Counted from the stretch's first letter, positions 41,730 to 57,326 are shown. The stretch is DNA of 64,000 nt from Eledone cirrhosa (GCA_964016885.1 OZ024745.1:57102001-57166000); one strand, 5' to 3'. A program made the numbers and translations. Notes: generated from the sequence alone by a model not told the origin.

Positions 41730-42335
41730 TCAGGTCACCAGTTGGTAATACTGGCAACATGTATCCCAGTACAACCTGTCTCATGGTCGGGTCGTTGGCG
41801 ACTAAACTGGCGACCCCACCAAGGTTCTTTGGTGAGGAGGGTGACTTTGGACATCCTGCAGGGCTAAAAACAAAACCTGTCAAAGGGCAAAGGAGCTCTT
41901 AAGAGTCAATGGCCATCCAAATCACCGGGAGAGATGACCCCTTAGCCTTCGTCAAGGCAGAATTCTAGGAGAAGCAAAACTCTGATATAACACCTGCAAC
42001 CCTGATGGTATCCAATGATGTTGACTTGTTCTTCTTTTTGGTAAATATCATCTTGGTTAAGAGAGTGGGACTGGCTTTGTGCAGCGCCTTTGCTCACTAT
42101 AAAAGCTTCGCGGCACAGGCATTGCTTTATATCTGGAGATCTCTCTGCACTTGTCGTCACATGGTACCATGGGCCCAGCACTATGTGTCAATAATTGTCA
42201 CAAGTGTAGTGTTTGTACTAGAGTTTTCAAGTCGCTGGCTGGACTAAAAAGTCACACTTCTTCAGCACATCGGTAGGGCTTCTCCTACGTGGATATAAAG
42301 TAGTGGCCGTACTCGAAAACGAGTTGGCAGCCACC
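41730..42335 (+). mobile_element. Probable RTE-type retroelement 5' region or non-autonomous derivative
   Basis: GC-richer block between (TA)n tracts, containing aggcag..ttctaggagaagcaaaactctga, which resembles RTE 5' UTRs. Confidence 0.4.
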
Positions 42336-43724
42336 ATATATATACATAATGTAATAATATTAATGTAGAGGTGGGGTGAGGTCTAGAATACACTCTAGTA
42401 GGTCTACATTTTTGATAAACTATGCTTTTGTCTGGGAGATCTCTGTGATCTCTAAAGCTCTCTTTCTTTTGGCTTATTTGAATATTTTATTTTTGTTCAA
42501 TTAAACATAGACATACAGCATTAAAAATAAAGTATTCTGTATTTAACCTTGGTTTATTTGGCGACATGAATTTATTTCATATATTATGAACAAATAGAAG
42601 AAAATGTACATGGATAACAGAAATAAGAAACTAGAGATAAAAAGGAAAACAAAAAATGATGAATAAATACTAATTAATAAATTACAAACACAAACTATAA
42701 GTGAAGAAGCTGGGGGTCGTATTTTGATATCTCTTAAAATAGACAGTTTCTTCTAAGTCATATTTGCGTTAAATTCACAGACAACTTTCTGAAACCTACT
42801 TATGAAATATAATACCTAAATGTAGTCATCGTACACAGCATTGATAACAGCATTTCGAATCATAAACTAGAAAAATTCATCTTTATATCTACTTATATTT
42901 GATAACATGTGTGGATATATACACGTTTCTAAATATGGCAATATACAGTTATGTATTTATATGTTTGTATGTATATATATGTATGTACACATGTAAGTAT
43001 GTTCTTCTGGTTTTATAATTTTATAAATTTTTACCAATTGAGAGTGAGAGTCGGTTTCTAACATAGACACAATACTCTTTCGTTGGAATTTAAACATCTA
43101 CTAGGTAGATATGTATGTCCGCATACGTTCGTGTGTGTGTATAGGTATGGATGTTATTGTACGTGTGGATGTGTTTTTTTTTTCAGTCATATAAATGCAG
43201 AATTTTTTGTATGTTTTACATATTTTTACTGTTCCATTGTACTTATGATTTCGTAACTAATCGCGATCTTTCTTTTTCTGTGAAGCCTAGTTTCTCAAGA
43301 TTTGTACCGAAGCAATTATTATGTATTTATGTATGCATGTATGTATTCAGCTACTGTCGCTCAGAGAGTGGGATTGGTTCAGTGCTCAGTCTTTCATCAC
43401 TTTAAAAAATATCTTCATGCACAGGCATTGCACGATAGAATTAATTAATAATTATTAATACTGGTATATCATGCAATGGCCATACTCGATAACGAGGGGG
43501 CAGCCATCATGTATGTATCTATGTGTCTATGCATTTATCTATCTATATATCTCTACATCTAAATGTACCCCCCCCCTCCCCCTCTCTCTCTCTCTTTCTG
43601 TGGTGTCGGAATGCGTGTAGTTCCCGACCTATGACTGTTCCTGAAAATATATGTATATATTTAATATATGTATTTAATGACATATGCCTTCCAAGACTTC
43701 CAAATCAGTGTATACTTGCGAATT

Positions 43725-44690
43725 AGAACCTCTGGTAAATTCTTTCATATAAACGTTTAACAACAAGTCCAATGTATTTGTCACTCTTGCCAGGGTCTTC
43801 CTCTATGCTGATGTGACAGATTTTGTGGCACACACAGTAGAGTTGATATTGGATTACTTAGCCAATGCATGCACTGTTTTGAGGCTAAATATTAGCATAA
43901 AAAAGACAACGATCATGTACACTCCAGTCGGGGAATTGTATGTAGAGCCAGACATTTTCGTGAGAGGAAAAAGACTTGAGACGGTGTGTAGCATTGTTTG
44001 TCTCGGAAGTACACTTAGTAGAAATGGAACCTTCGATTCTGAAATAGATCGCAGGACTGTGAAAGCGAGTCTCGCCTTCGGGAAGACTGAGAAGTGATCT
44101 GCTCAAATAAGAGTAACACGAGAAACAAAAATATGTGTATGAGATCTGTGTTCTTAGGTCTCGCATGAGATAACCTTAAATGTTTCATCAACATTTTACC
44201 CGACGCCTTCTGAACATCAACAGGTCCTCCTACACTCTTGATGCTGCTGTATTGGAGGAAGCGCGTAGAACCAGCATTGAGATGAGGATTATTATGAATC
44301 AGATGCGTTGGGATGGTTATATGATCAGAACGGAAGTTGGAAGTCTGCATAAACAGTTATTTTAAGGGGAGCTGAGCAGATGGAAATGGCTACAGCATAA
44401 ACCAAGGAAACGGTTTAAAGATGTAATAACAGATACTATTTAAGCTCTCTGGACATTGATATGAAGAGCCGGTAGAGACTTGCTGAAGGCGATACATCAT
44501 GGATAATGATCAACAAGTATGTATGAGATATCTTTGAAAACAAGTGTAGCATTAGCATTTTGTTTTGAATCTTTCACTTCGTAAGTGAGACACAAGTGCG
44601 AAAATCTAGTATGAAATGCAATATATGTGACCCATTTCTTCTAAAAAAAGCTGCATTTCCCAGCCATGTAAAGTCACACGATCCAGGGTG
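43725..44690 (+). mobile_element. RTE (BovB-like) LINE fragment: RT C-terminal half plus C2H2 finger, decayed
   Basis: Pieces TSGKFF, LYAD, LNISIKKTTIMY, CLGSTLSRNGTFDSEIDRR..KASLAFG, FHQHFTRRLLNI, QMRWDGYMIR, KPRKRFKD and CNICD...SHVKSH. Confidence 0.8.
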
Positions 44691-45159
44691 AAATCGATCC
44701 ACTTGTGATATGGTTGAATGCATGAAGACACACCACAACCGGTAGTGCCAGGAGACAGACAGTTCAAGAGTCATAACTCTGGATGTGCCTGCAAAAGAAA
44801 AAGGGTCTGAAAATTCACCTGCTTGCACACGATCGTACAATGTTCAATGAAGGGCTGGTACGTTTCTGGCGTGAAATATTAATCATAATGACTTAATGTA
44901 AGTATTTATGTGTCTATGTATCTATATATCTCTCTAGATATGTTTGCATGTGTGTCTCTCTTTCTGTGTATATGTCGAACTATGTGTAGATCCCCAACTT
45001 ATGAGTGTTCTGTAAAATATGTTTATATATTTAATATATGTATATAATAATATGTATTTCTCTCACAAACGCTTTTTCCAGCTCATTTTCTATCACACCC
45101 AGACATATACATATACATATCTTCGCAAGCACACATTAGGACAAAAACACACACATTAA

Positions 45160-45214
<55 letters not shown>

Positions 45215-45230
45215 TATAGACATATATATA

Positions 45231-46187
45231 TTGGTAAAAGGAAAGGAAAATGCTGACAAATTGTTCCCAGTGAAAAATAGTTTAATTAGGAATAAGTAAA
45301 AATTAGTAATAGTATTGGTTAGTATTCAGTATTGGTATTAAGTTTTTACCGGTTGCACATTTCTAATGCTTTTCAAAAATAAATTTGAGATAGAGCGGCC
45401 GTGATGTTTGCTCTAATCTATTTATAATCTAATTATATATATATATATATACATATATAATTATAAATGTGTGTGTATCTTCGAACTCGTTTTATTCATA
45501 TCTATTGAACCATCTAGTTGACATTTAAAGTAAGCATGTTCTTGATATATTTAAGGTATTGTGGCATTTACCTTAGACTAATTCCAGTATTAGTATTAGC
45601 ATTCCAAACACTTTTCCTAATTTCATACATATTATAGATTCTGATATAGATTTTGTTAAAAATTCATATTAAAAATATATGCATAATTGCGTGACTGAAA
45701 TCTTGTGCGTTACCACCAGTCTGCAAAAACTGCCTCTAACAAAAAATGCCTCAAACGATGTCTCTGCCATGGCATCCATCAGAAAAGAAGTTATGGTTGG
45801 ATATTTATAAATTTATTTTATTTCATAGAATTGGCATATGAAAAATATTTCAGGCAAACGAAGACATGGATTTTATTATCACACGACATATATTTTCCAG
45901 ATCAAATGCTGGATCATCAGTATATCATTGATCTTCAACCACACGCACCACAACCAAGCAGAACTTAATTTTCCGACTCGGAACTATTTTTTATGAACGT
46001 ATTCCCTGATCCCCCATTACCAATTTCAATAATTTCACTTCATTCTGTCTCGCAAACACAAACACTCTCGTACAAAACACAATACACACCCACATTCACC
46101 CCACTCGTACATACTACCAAACACATGCACACACACACTTAAACACATAAATACACATACACACATACATATATATATATTCATATA

Positions 46188-46231
<44 letters not shown>

Positions 46232-46620
46232 TACACAAGTATATATATATATATACACACAAGTATTCCAATACGGCAAGGCCTAATGGATTCTCCTTGC
46301 GGTACGTACAATCTGGACACTCACACACACCTTGGTCTTATGCCAATAATATATATCATTTCACCCCTTCTATTATTAAGGTTTTTGACCTCAAATCCCG
46401 CCGAGGTTAACTTTGCCTTTCATCCTTCCGGGGTCGATAGAATAAAGTACCAGTAATGCATTGGATAATTTCTGGCCTTGTGCCAAAAGTAGAAACAATT
46501 ATTAAGGTTTTTGATGTTCTATTGAGAGAATCGTTTTTACTGAAAATATCGAATAATGTACACCATGTTTACCAGTATCACAAACATACTGGTCTACCCA
46601 CACACACACACACACACACA

Positions 46621-46659
<39 letters not shown>

Positions 46660-46861
46660 ACACACATATATATACACACATATATATACACACACACATA
46701 CACACGCGTACACTAACATACAAAGATATATATATACACACACACACACACTTCTCTGTATAAGACAAGAGCTGAAAAATATATTTTAACATATTAAAAT
46801 ATTCCCCACACACGTACAGACACATTCCTACTGACCGATCCCTCTACCACGAATTACTCTG

Positions 46862-46908
<47 letters not shown>

Positions 46909-46930
46909 GATACACACACACACACACAAA

Positions 46931-46996
<66 letters not shown>

Positions 46997-47496
46997 TCTT
47001 AATAAGCATCTGAACTGTTGACCTGTCAGCAGGCTGCGGTCCGCACACACATCCCTACTGATCATTGTCACAACAACGGACCTCTTTACTACCACTACTA
47101 CACACACACACACACACATATTTGTCTTAAAAGACTTATTTTTCAGTGACTTCTCAATCAGCCGAGACAAACCGACATTTGGCGCAAAATCAATTTTTAA
47201 CATTCACATGACCTCTACCGACCAATCAAAATTGTTTTGACCACAATAATTTTTTCATACATCTGGAGCCACTTTTTTCACATAAAACAGGTAGAATTTC
47301 CCAAACTAATCAGATTAGAGCAAACATCACGGCCGCTCTATCTCAAAATTATTTGTGAAAAGCATTAGAAATGCGCAACCGGTAAAAACTTAAAACCAAA
47401 ACTGAATACTAACCAATACTATTACTAATTTTTACTTATTCCTAATTAAACTATTTTTCACTGGGAACAATTTGTCACCATTTTCCTTTCCTTTTA

Positions 47497-47500
<4 letters not shown>
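45231..47500. repeat. Long-range inverted repeat with ~190 bp arms (family I)
   Basis: 45231-45419 is the reverse complement of 47312-47500. The arms contain a degenerate HHR-like motif (T/G)TGAAAA-gcat..atgY-GCAA-ccgg-TA. Confidence 0.85.
46389..46500 (+). mobile_element. 5'-truncated SINE with 17-bp target site duplication
   Basis: attattaaggtttttga at 46372-46388 and 46498-46514. Confidence 0.9.
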
Positions 47501-47534
<34 letters not shown>

Positions 47535-47536
<2 letters not shown>

Positions 47537-47713
47537 TAGATGAGATTCTACAGGACTAGAACTGTTTCATTCATTAGAAATGATTCCTGATGATTTCTAA
47601 TGAATGAAACAGTTCTAGTCCTGTAGAATCTCATCTATATTATAACTTTTATACTCTGCTATGTATTGAGTACCTTACTTACTGTGGTTACCTCCGATTC
47701 AACCCGGAATAAC

Positions 47714-47714
<1 letters not shown>
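47535..47714 (+). mobile_element. Family A mini-element: inverted partial HHR, complete HHR, 3' tail, in (TA)n
   Basis: 47535-47581 is the reverse complement of 47593-47639; the tail matches the reverse complement of 5661-5740. Confidence 0.85.
47582..47630 (+). ncRNA. Type I hammerhead ribozyme, family A
   Basis: gattc-CTGATGA-tttctaatgaat-GAAA-cag-ttctagtc-ctg-TA-gaatc. Confidence 0.85.
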
Positions 47715-47767
<53 letters not shown>

Positions 47768-50686
47768 TGTTACCCTATCGTACACAGGCACACACGCGCA
47801 CACACACATGAATCCATACAAAATATATAATGATGATCGCTGTATATAAGCCACTCTAATAACTAAGATACATATTGACCAGCATTTTCCCTAATTGTTT
47901 TACTGGATCGGATACATGCACGCATGCTTTTTCTCAATATTTTTCCATTCCTTCATCTTTTTCATGTTTCCATTTCATCAGTTATTTCTGATTCTATATT
48001 CTGAAGAAGAAGTTGTGTCAGAAATGTAATGCTCCTTTTCTTACTATATCAAGCTTACAAGTAATATGTTTCTTTATTGTACTTTGGGGTGTGCTATGTT
48101 GATCCCCTTTAATATTCGCATATATTCAAAGCCACATTACCCATTGTAAGTATTGCCCCAATCTCTCATGCCTCGTTTATTACTCCTAGGCAGCTAATAC
48201 CTTGCAGCCTGAAGCCAGGAGTTCAATCGTCTCAACATGATCATCACAGAAGTGAATAATAAATATTGTAGTCCCACTTGCAGACAAAGAAGAAGGACAC
48301 TGAGGAGTAGAAAAGGTAAGAAGGGAGAATAAATGAAAACTGACTGGCAGTGTGGTATCTATTATATGACAGTTGCAAAAAAGCCCACATTACTAACTCT
48401 TTAGAATATGAATTCAAAATAGGGTGTAGACAGTTCAAAGAAAAAGCAACGCAACGGCAGACAATCCCATCATCTTAAGTCAAATTTTGGAAATCACAAC
48501 GGTTTAAGTTAGTAAGATTGATACATTGCCCCAAACTATACATATAATCACCTGATTAATATGCTTGGGTACGTATGTACATCCAATATACATCCAATAA
48601 AGATGTGGGAGCTTAAAGGATATGTTATAAAAAGTGACTCTTTGCTTCGATGTTTGGTCGTCACTGGCAACTGAAAATAGTAATATGTGGAATGAGACCT
48701 ACATTATATATAATTCGTCGAGGCAGAAAATATTGCTATGATAGCGTTGACATTAATTTGAATATACCTGTTAGAGAGAATAAGCACACACGAGAGCAGA
48801 CATAGGAAAGAAGTGTTTAACATACGACGGCCAAATAGTATATATTTTATAATAATTATTTTTAGAATGAAATTATTTGATACAGTAAATTAGCACCAAA
48901 ATTACTACAGCCGACTAGGTTTCAACTTTTAGCCTATTCCCACGGGTATTAAAATTACATAGAAATACATAAATGTAGGCAAATCTATAAATTAAACATT
49001 TGTTTACAAAAACTGTTAGGTTTATAGACCCATCTATTACTATATATCTATTTATATTCATACGCTTGAACAGTTAAAATTCAAACATGTTTGAAATAAC
49101 ATATCACTAGCTTTCACACCGCACTGATTCTCTCCGTTAGACACAAGGCTTCATTTATATATTTTGCAACGCCCAGTTACCGGAAATATCCAGTATTCGG
49201 TCTGTTAAGGTATTTAAATAAAACTGATGATTAATTACTGCAGCTGGAAGACAAAACTTTGCATATATATATAGATATATAGTTATATATATATGTGTGT
49301 GTGTGTGTGTTTTGTGTGCGTGTGTCTGTGTATGTGTGTGCGTGCGGGTGTGTATACATGTGCACACACATACACACACATATATATACAAGCATGTACA
49401 GAGTCAGAGTCAGAGAGATAGGAGGAGAGAGGGTGAGAGAGAGAGTGGGAGAGATGTCATGTCATTTAAAGGCTTAAGCTATGATAATACAAATTCAATA
49501 AAACCGGATCGTTTACCCTATGGATGTGTCCTGGTATGAAAGTGTTCATTATATTTGCGTAATGTTGAAACGCCGTGAGACAAATTTTGCTTGGCATATC
49601 TAAACCAGGTTGATTGCTATTGAATCCTAACCTTATTTCAATATTATATATTATATAATACAATTTACTCATTCTATATCATTCCTCTTTATCATTTTCC
49701 TTTCTTCCTTTTTTCTTTTTAATTTCTAATCTCTAATCTCTACTTTTTTTTCCCAACTACTTCTCAATTATTATTATTACTCACCACAACATTATCCATT
49801 CTTCCATCTTTTCTCATATCATTGGCCATAAAAATTTTTTTTGTAATACATTATAGTATTACCATTTGAAGTCCTTCGTAAACATATAATTCTTTGACGT
49901 TAGATTTTTTTCTTCTTTAAAATTGTTCATATCTTCTCCATCCTTTCATGCTCGTTTTAAACCTACTACTTAATTTGACTTTTACATATTACAATACATA
50001 AAAACAAACTTAAACCCTAACTAATTTCTTTTAATATATTATATTATTACCATTAGAAAATATTTCGTAAACATATATACGTTTTGATGTTAGATATTTT
50101 CTTCCTTAAACATTATTTTCTTCTTTCCTTCCGCGCTCATTTTAAACAAACTATTTACGTACACATTACATAAACACAAACTTAAACCCTAACTAATTCC
50201 TCTAAATTCATAACTCATTCATTCTTCTCCTTCTTTTCACATTATATTTTAATTTTAATAATACATATTAATAAATTATTTCCCCGCACATATTATTAAA
50301 CCCTTCAATATACAAACCTTAATTTAATACTATTCTTAATTCCTTTTTCTTCGTGCATAAACCTCATTAACTTTTAATTTCAAAATCTTTTAAATTATCT
50401 ATTATCTTCCAACGGCTTTTTAATTTCTCTCTGTGAGACAATATATATTTTTTACTCAGTTGTAAAGGCTATTTCTCTCTCTCCATCACCCATCTCTCCT
50501 CCTCTCTCATCCTTCCTTCTTATACTCCTCCCCCACCATCCTTTACTCTCATTTCTTCCTCTTCCTTACCTTTTCCAACCCCCTCACTTTTTCCCAATCT
50601 CATACATCAATCTTAATTTATTTTTCATATGTTGATTTAAAACTTCACTATTCACAAGTGTTTTTTAAGCTTCATATCATGTCTCC

Positions 50687-50759
50687 CTATTTTATCTGAT
50701 GAGAACGCAGATATCATGCCATAATGATATTTGTTTTTGAAATGCGCATAATAAAATAG
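50687..50759 (+). ncRNA. Type I hammerhead ribozyme, family E
   Basis: ctattttat-CTGATGA-gaac-gcagatatcat-gccata-atgatatttgt-tttt-GAAA-tgcgca-TA-ataaaatag. Confidence 0.85.
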
Positions 50760-50883
50760 TTGGAACTCTTTTAACCATCTTTTCATCGTATATTATTTAT
50801 ACTCCAGTCCTACAAACTGTAGAGTGCTACTTATCCGATATTGCATTGCTTTATTGTGCTACAATAAAACTCACCTCCTACAT

Positions 50884-50995
<112 letters not shown>

Positions 50996-51451
50996 AACTG
51001 GAACGGGAACAAAAAGAGAGAGGCAGTAGAAAACAAAGGTTTATTGGTTTCACGCTCTTGAGAGTGATGAGGGGGGATATGTGTGAGTGTCTGTGTGTGT
51101 GTGTGTAAATAATGACATGTGCATCGTTAATATGAGCTTTGAGGAAGGTAATGGCCTTCGCAGGGCGTTTGTGACAGTTGATTTCTACATTGTTAGCATT
51201 CATCCTCATCAACTGAATGTCTGCACCTGCCAGCATGAGTGGTATTAGCCCAAGGAAAGAAAGCTCACTAGTCTGACGATCTTGAGAAACAGGCATGTGT
51301 AGTTTAATTTTATCGGAGAAAATGGATTATCTCATTCTATCGTATTGGTTCGTTTAATTCAATCTGAATCATTATTTTCACAAATTATATATCATTTCCC
51401 CTTTCTCCATCTAAGAATCTGTTTTGCTTTCCAACTATCCTAAAAGAAAAA

Positions 51452-51741
51452 AAAGTCTAAAGTCTGTCTTAAGCCAGAAGGCTCATTTGGCCGGTGCTTC
51501 TCCCGGTTTCGTGGCGTGAAGCGACTGAGAGTACAAGACTCCCCCTTCGACAGGATGCCAGTCCATCGCAGGGTTAAACCTCCATCTAATGCTGGTATTC
51601 ATTTTCAGCTGAGTATACTGGAGCAACGTGAAATGAAGTGTTTTGCTCAAGAACACATCACGCAGCCACGACATTATGATCGTAACCCACGACATTATGA
51701 TCGTAAGTCCAACATTCTTACCACTAGGCCACGTGCCTCCA
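51452..51741 (-). mobile_element. Second tRNA-derived SINE family, V-domain-like
   Basis: Minus strand reads ggaggcacgtggcctagtggtaaga (A box), ttgagcaaaacacttcatttcacgttgctccag, and aaccctgcgatggactggcatcctgtc; internal 21-bp duplication. Confidence 0.7.
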
Positions 51742-51868
51742 CTCCAACTATCCATATGATTCATAACCTATTTCGGATGTTTTCCTGAGATGACTTTTAA
51801 ATACAAACTAAATGAGTAGTTTTTTAAATGATGGCGGTAAATGTAAGGAAATAGGAATGGTTAAAACT

Positions 51869-52049
51869 TAATTGTTCCTATTTTAGGCACAAGACCAGCA
51901 ATTACCCAGTACATTACTGTTACTTTATTTTATCGACCCCGTAAGGATGAAAGGCAAAGTTAACCTCGGCGGGATTTGAACTCAGATCATAAAGGGACGT
52001 AACTCTATGCTTCAAAGCATGGTGTCCGACTCTCTACCGATACTGCCAA
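51869..52049 (-). mobile_element. tRNA-derived SINE, short subfamily
   Basis: Reverse complement of the 15739-15920 family. Confidence 0.85.
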
Positions 52050-53590
52050 ATGCGTTGATATCAATGCGAAAAAGGATTCGTGTGAGATTAACATTGATGC
52101 AAATATTTTATTACATTCATATATTGCTATAGACATGTTGTCTCTTCCAACTCGTACTTCTAACGTAGCTTCTAATTAAATTACATGTGATGTTTCCCTT
52201 GTGCTTATCAAGAGAAGAGTAAAATCCCATATGATCTGTTTTCAGCATGAATGGAGCAAAACAATTAAGCATTTCAAAGGCGCATATAATAGACAGTTTT
52301 ACATTGAATGACTCTGGAAAAGAAATAATAATACACATCATTCGATGTCTAATGACAAATTTACATTTAACTAAATTAATGTCCAGAAAATCATAAAAGA
52401 TGCGTCTATATAGGTCAAACTTTCTTAGAAAAAGAAAACGATCGCCTCTCAATTTGTGTCTTACAGTTTGGCTGGAAATGCAGGAATTGAAATACATGAA
52501 TATATTTTTATTAGAATTTGTGGCTGCAACGGAAATGACATTTCGTCTAAGAAAACAATTAATTACTATTGGATCTGTTAAATCTTTCTAGCTGGATGTA
52601 AAATATTTCTTTCACCGAAATGAAAGTATTTAAATGCAACTGACCCACACATACATATGTAAATGAGTAAATAGAGATGATGGAGATGAGTTTGTGCGAA
52701 GAATATTTCTACGTAAATATAGATACAATGCATGGTATTATTATTGGAAAGAAAGTTGAAATATTTGGATATTCCTTATTTCTTTCAACTCAACAGCAAC
52801 GCTACCACAAAGAACCGACAACACTTTAATAAAGAAGACATTAGTTAAGGGCACAGAACTGAATAAGTAGTAATGATTTAAATGTCTAAATTTGGAAGGT
52901 TTCATTGATGCATTAAATATTACCTGCAGTATTGATGCGATTAGGTAGACAGCGTTTTTACGTCGTTTTAATGTGATGCACACACATGATGTGCACATAC
53001 TCTTATTCTCACACACTTTAATCCCCACCGCCGTCATATTTCGTTTATCTCTATATCGCTTTCTCTTTTTGTTCTTATCTATCCCATCCTCTTCTTCCTT
53101 CTCTTGTCTTAGTTACTCTACCTCTCTCCTATTGCCCATTCCATTGCATTTCTATCCTAGAGTATAATTCAGGATACTCGATCCACAATATTTCTCTTTT
53201 ATCGGTTCCTTTTTTTCTGCACCTATATAGGTCAATGTCCTTTCCTCTCCACTATCAATGAATATCTTTGTATTCAACTACCGTATTCGAGCAGCAATCA
53301 AAGGGTGGTGCAAGCCATGAATATAATTGGTCAGCCAATAATAAATAAATATATATATATATATATATAGGGACTGTAATGTGCTGTTACTGTAGGTTCA
53401 CCCAGGTGAGCACTCGATGTTTCCCGCCTGTGACGAGGTGTAGAACTACGCAGCAAAGGTCCGCCGAGGTTTTGATTCCAGAGTCGGGCCACATAGATAG
53501 AGATCGAACATTGATCTGATCAATAGCGAAACGCACGTCACTACTCAATAAACGTAATGAAGGCATAAGTAACCATACTTTTATCATTTT

Positions 53591-53621
<31 letters not shown>

Positions 53622-53724
53622 CATACATATATATATATATATGTGTATATATATATGTATATATATGTATATATATATATATGTATATATATATGTATAT
53701 ATGTATATATATGCATATATATAT

Positions 53725-54641
<917 letters not shown>

Positions 54642-55257
54642 CTGTCACAACTTAATCATATTGATATGAAAAAACATGATGATAGGAATCACTTATTTTC
54701 GTAATATATTTCCATTTATGTCACTGGCGTGTAATGAATTATTCATCGATTGTCGTTATATTCTAACCTATGTGTGTATTTATCATGTTGCTGTTTTTCT
54801 ATTGTGATTTTCAATTAAAAACTTTTCGACGAATAGAAACCGAAAGAAATGTTAAATCGTAATACATTATATAGTAACGCCCCACGTATTTATTGCGCTA
54901 TTCGAATATACATGAGGTGTCAAATAACGTCTATGGAATAGTAGATGACGGAAGTATGTATAATCAAGTCATAATTGTTTAGGCTGTTAAGTGGTATCAA
55001 TTGTTTTGAAACAATTGTCATAGACATAAATATTTGGCGTAGAAGAAATGTGGCGAAACTAATGGGATTTTCACATCCTGAATCTAAATACAGTTTCCGA
55101 ATCCTTTTTACATTTATTTCAATACACTTGACCCCAAAGATTGTTGGCTAACGTGAACATTTATATTGATCACAATTGAGAAAAATATTTAAGTGATATA
55201 TCCACTTAGGATCCACAAATATACACCCAAATCTACAAGCAGGCACTCATATATGTA

Positions 55258-55295
<38 letters not shown>

Positions 55296-55432
55296 TATAT
55301 ATGCAAAAGTTCTATTTAAATTTTTGGGATACAACAAGTAAATATTTTTATAACTGATATAAAGCACTCGACAAGTATTTGGAGTAGATATACGATATTA
55401 ACAAATGGAAACTATATTTATAAAACCATATT

Positions 55433-55497
55433 TATTTCATTATACATATTTCAAGGATACCAAGTTAAATTATGGTATGCCTTCATCAGACAAAATA
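55433..55497 (-). ncRNA. Type I hammerhead ribozyme, family K
   Basis: Minus strand reads tattttgt-CTGATGA-aggcatacca-taatttaact-tggtatcctt-GAAA-tatgta-TA-atgaaata. Confidence 0.8.
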
Positions 55498-55629
55498 CAA
55501 TATATACCAGTTTTATAAATAAACATTGACGTAACCTTTCAAAATACGACCGTTACTTTTGGAAGACATCAGGTCTGTGGTTTTTCTCACATCTGTGAGA
55601 AAAACCACAGACCCTCCATCTCAACTGTA

Positions 55630-55665
55630 CTTTTGAAAAGCAGAAGAACTGCGAAATCGGTAAAG
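55630..55665 (+). ncRNA. Minimal hammerhead, U3:A8 variant, family G
   Basis: ctt-TTGAAAA-gcag-aagaa-ctgc-GAAA-tcgg-TA-aag; preceded by a fold-back at 55572-55614. Confidence 0.6.
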
Positions 55666-55733
55666 GAACCAAATAAATATATATATTTTTTTTAAAAATA
55701 AGACTCCAGTTGCATTTTCGATTTCATCTCTTT

Positions 55734-55779
<46 letters not shown>

Positions 55780-55982
55780 TCACTTGTAGTTCTAAACAAT
55801 TTGATTTAATTTTATATTATGATTTAGTAGATCTAGTAAGTTCTTTGTTAACTTCGGTGGGAAGATTTTTAAAGATTCCTGGTTAACTTTCCTGGAGAAC
55901 TTTCTTCCATTCATCGGTGGCGAGTTTGACAATCGCCACCGACGAATGCGAGAAAGTTCTCTCCCTCTCTTCCATTGTTAAA

Positions 55983-56015
<33 letters not shown>

Positions 56016-56269
56016 GGAGTATGTTTGTATGCTTTTATGTATGTATGTGGATGTGGGTTTATGTGCGTTTGCCTCTGTGTGTACTTGTGTCACAGTATTT
56101 CTGGTAATTAGTTTACTTCGAACACTAGGTAATCTGTTGTATCACAACGCACTTTTACTTACATTTCTATGTATCTATATATATCTATATGTCTATCTTT
56201 CTATCTGTTTATCTATCTGTCTGTTTGCCTATCAATTTATTTATCTATCTATCTATCTATCTATCTATC

Positions 56270-57005
56270 TCTTATGCCGATGACAACCGTAATGGCGGCG
56301 AAATCTCGGAAATCGGGTTAATCGGCAGCTTATTACAGGAATACGAAACGTTGACAGGAGCAAGACTAAACCCAAACAAGTCTGTCGGTTTTCAACTCGG
56401 CACATGGAGAGGCAAACTCATGCCTTCCGACAGTATCGTCTGACGCTGGACCGAAGGACCGGCGAAATTGCTCGGGGTCTGGTTTGGTCCAGACCTCCAG
56501 GTGGACAAGAACTGGAACGAGGTCACATAGAGTCCGCCATCTACTACCGCTTGACAGTCATGCATTGCCCACGAACACCTCACCAAAATGGAAGGCTTAG
56601 TCTTCAGGTTCCTCTGGAAGAAACAGGCTCCATTGGTGAGGAGACCCATATACTGTCAACACCCTTCTAAAAGAGGGCTGATCATGTCATGTTTGATGAT
56701 ACCCAAGCACGCCCTAAGGCTACGCCTTCTTCGGGTATTACAAACCGGCGAACTGGTGTGATTGTCGTTTGTGAGACAAGCTCTTCCACAAATTGGCTCA
56801 CTAACGGAGCTGCGGTCCTGGGTCAAGCGAAGACCGAAAATGGGCGCCTGGCACCTCAAGTGTCTTTAGGCGCTCACAGCCCTCTACCAAACGGAAACGG
56901 CAATTAGCGGAGACTCCACTTCGAAATCCTATAGGGGATTAGTGGCGGATAAGTGCGACGACGTGCTCGAGGAAACTCTAGACATTGAGCAGAACTAAGT
57001 CACCG
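56270..57005 (+). mobile_element. Tx1/L1-clade LINE internal fragment, decayed
   Basis: SYADD...EYETLTGARLNPNKSVGFQLGTW...KLLGVWF; overlaps in sequence with 11104-11250 and 63870-64000; starts directly after a (TATC)n tract. Confidence 0.8.
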
Positions 57006-57326
57006 GTCGGCGTATCCTAGAGAAAAACAGTTTTCATTTTCGAAACATGCGTCACAATGAGAATGTTTTAAAATTGTTACTTATAAAAAATGTAATTGCT
57101 TCGAGAGATAAATCAACGTCAAATTGTCATTATAGAATATCATTAGAATCCACAACTGTCAGAATACCTTACTATATATCTATCGTTTCTCTATATATTT
57201 GTTGCTTTTCGCTCCTGTTTATATATCTTTACCACACTGTCTCACTCTCTATATCTTCCTATATGGTGGTGGTTGTGGTGGTATTGGCGGTGGTGTTTTT
57301 GTTGGTGGTGATGGTAGTGGTGATGA

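Noticed and set aside
47995-48035. CTGAAGA..GAAA motif
   Set aside because: No stem II pairing; expected by chance
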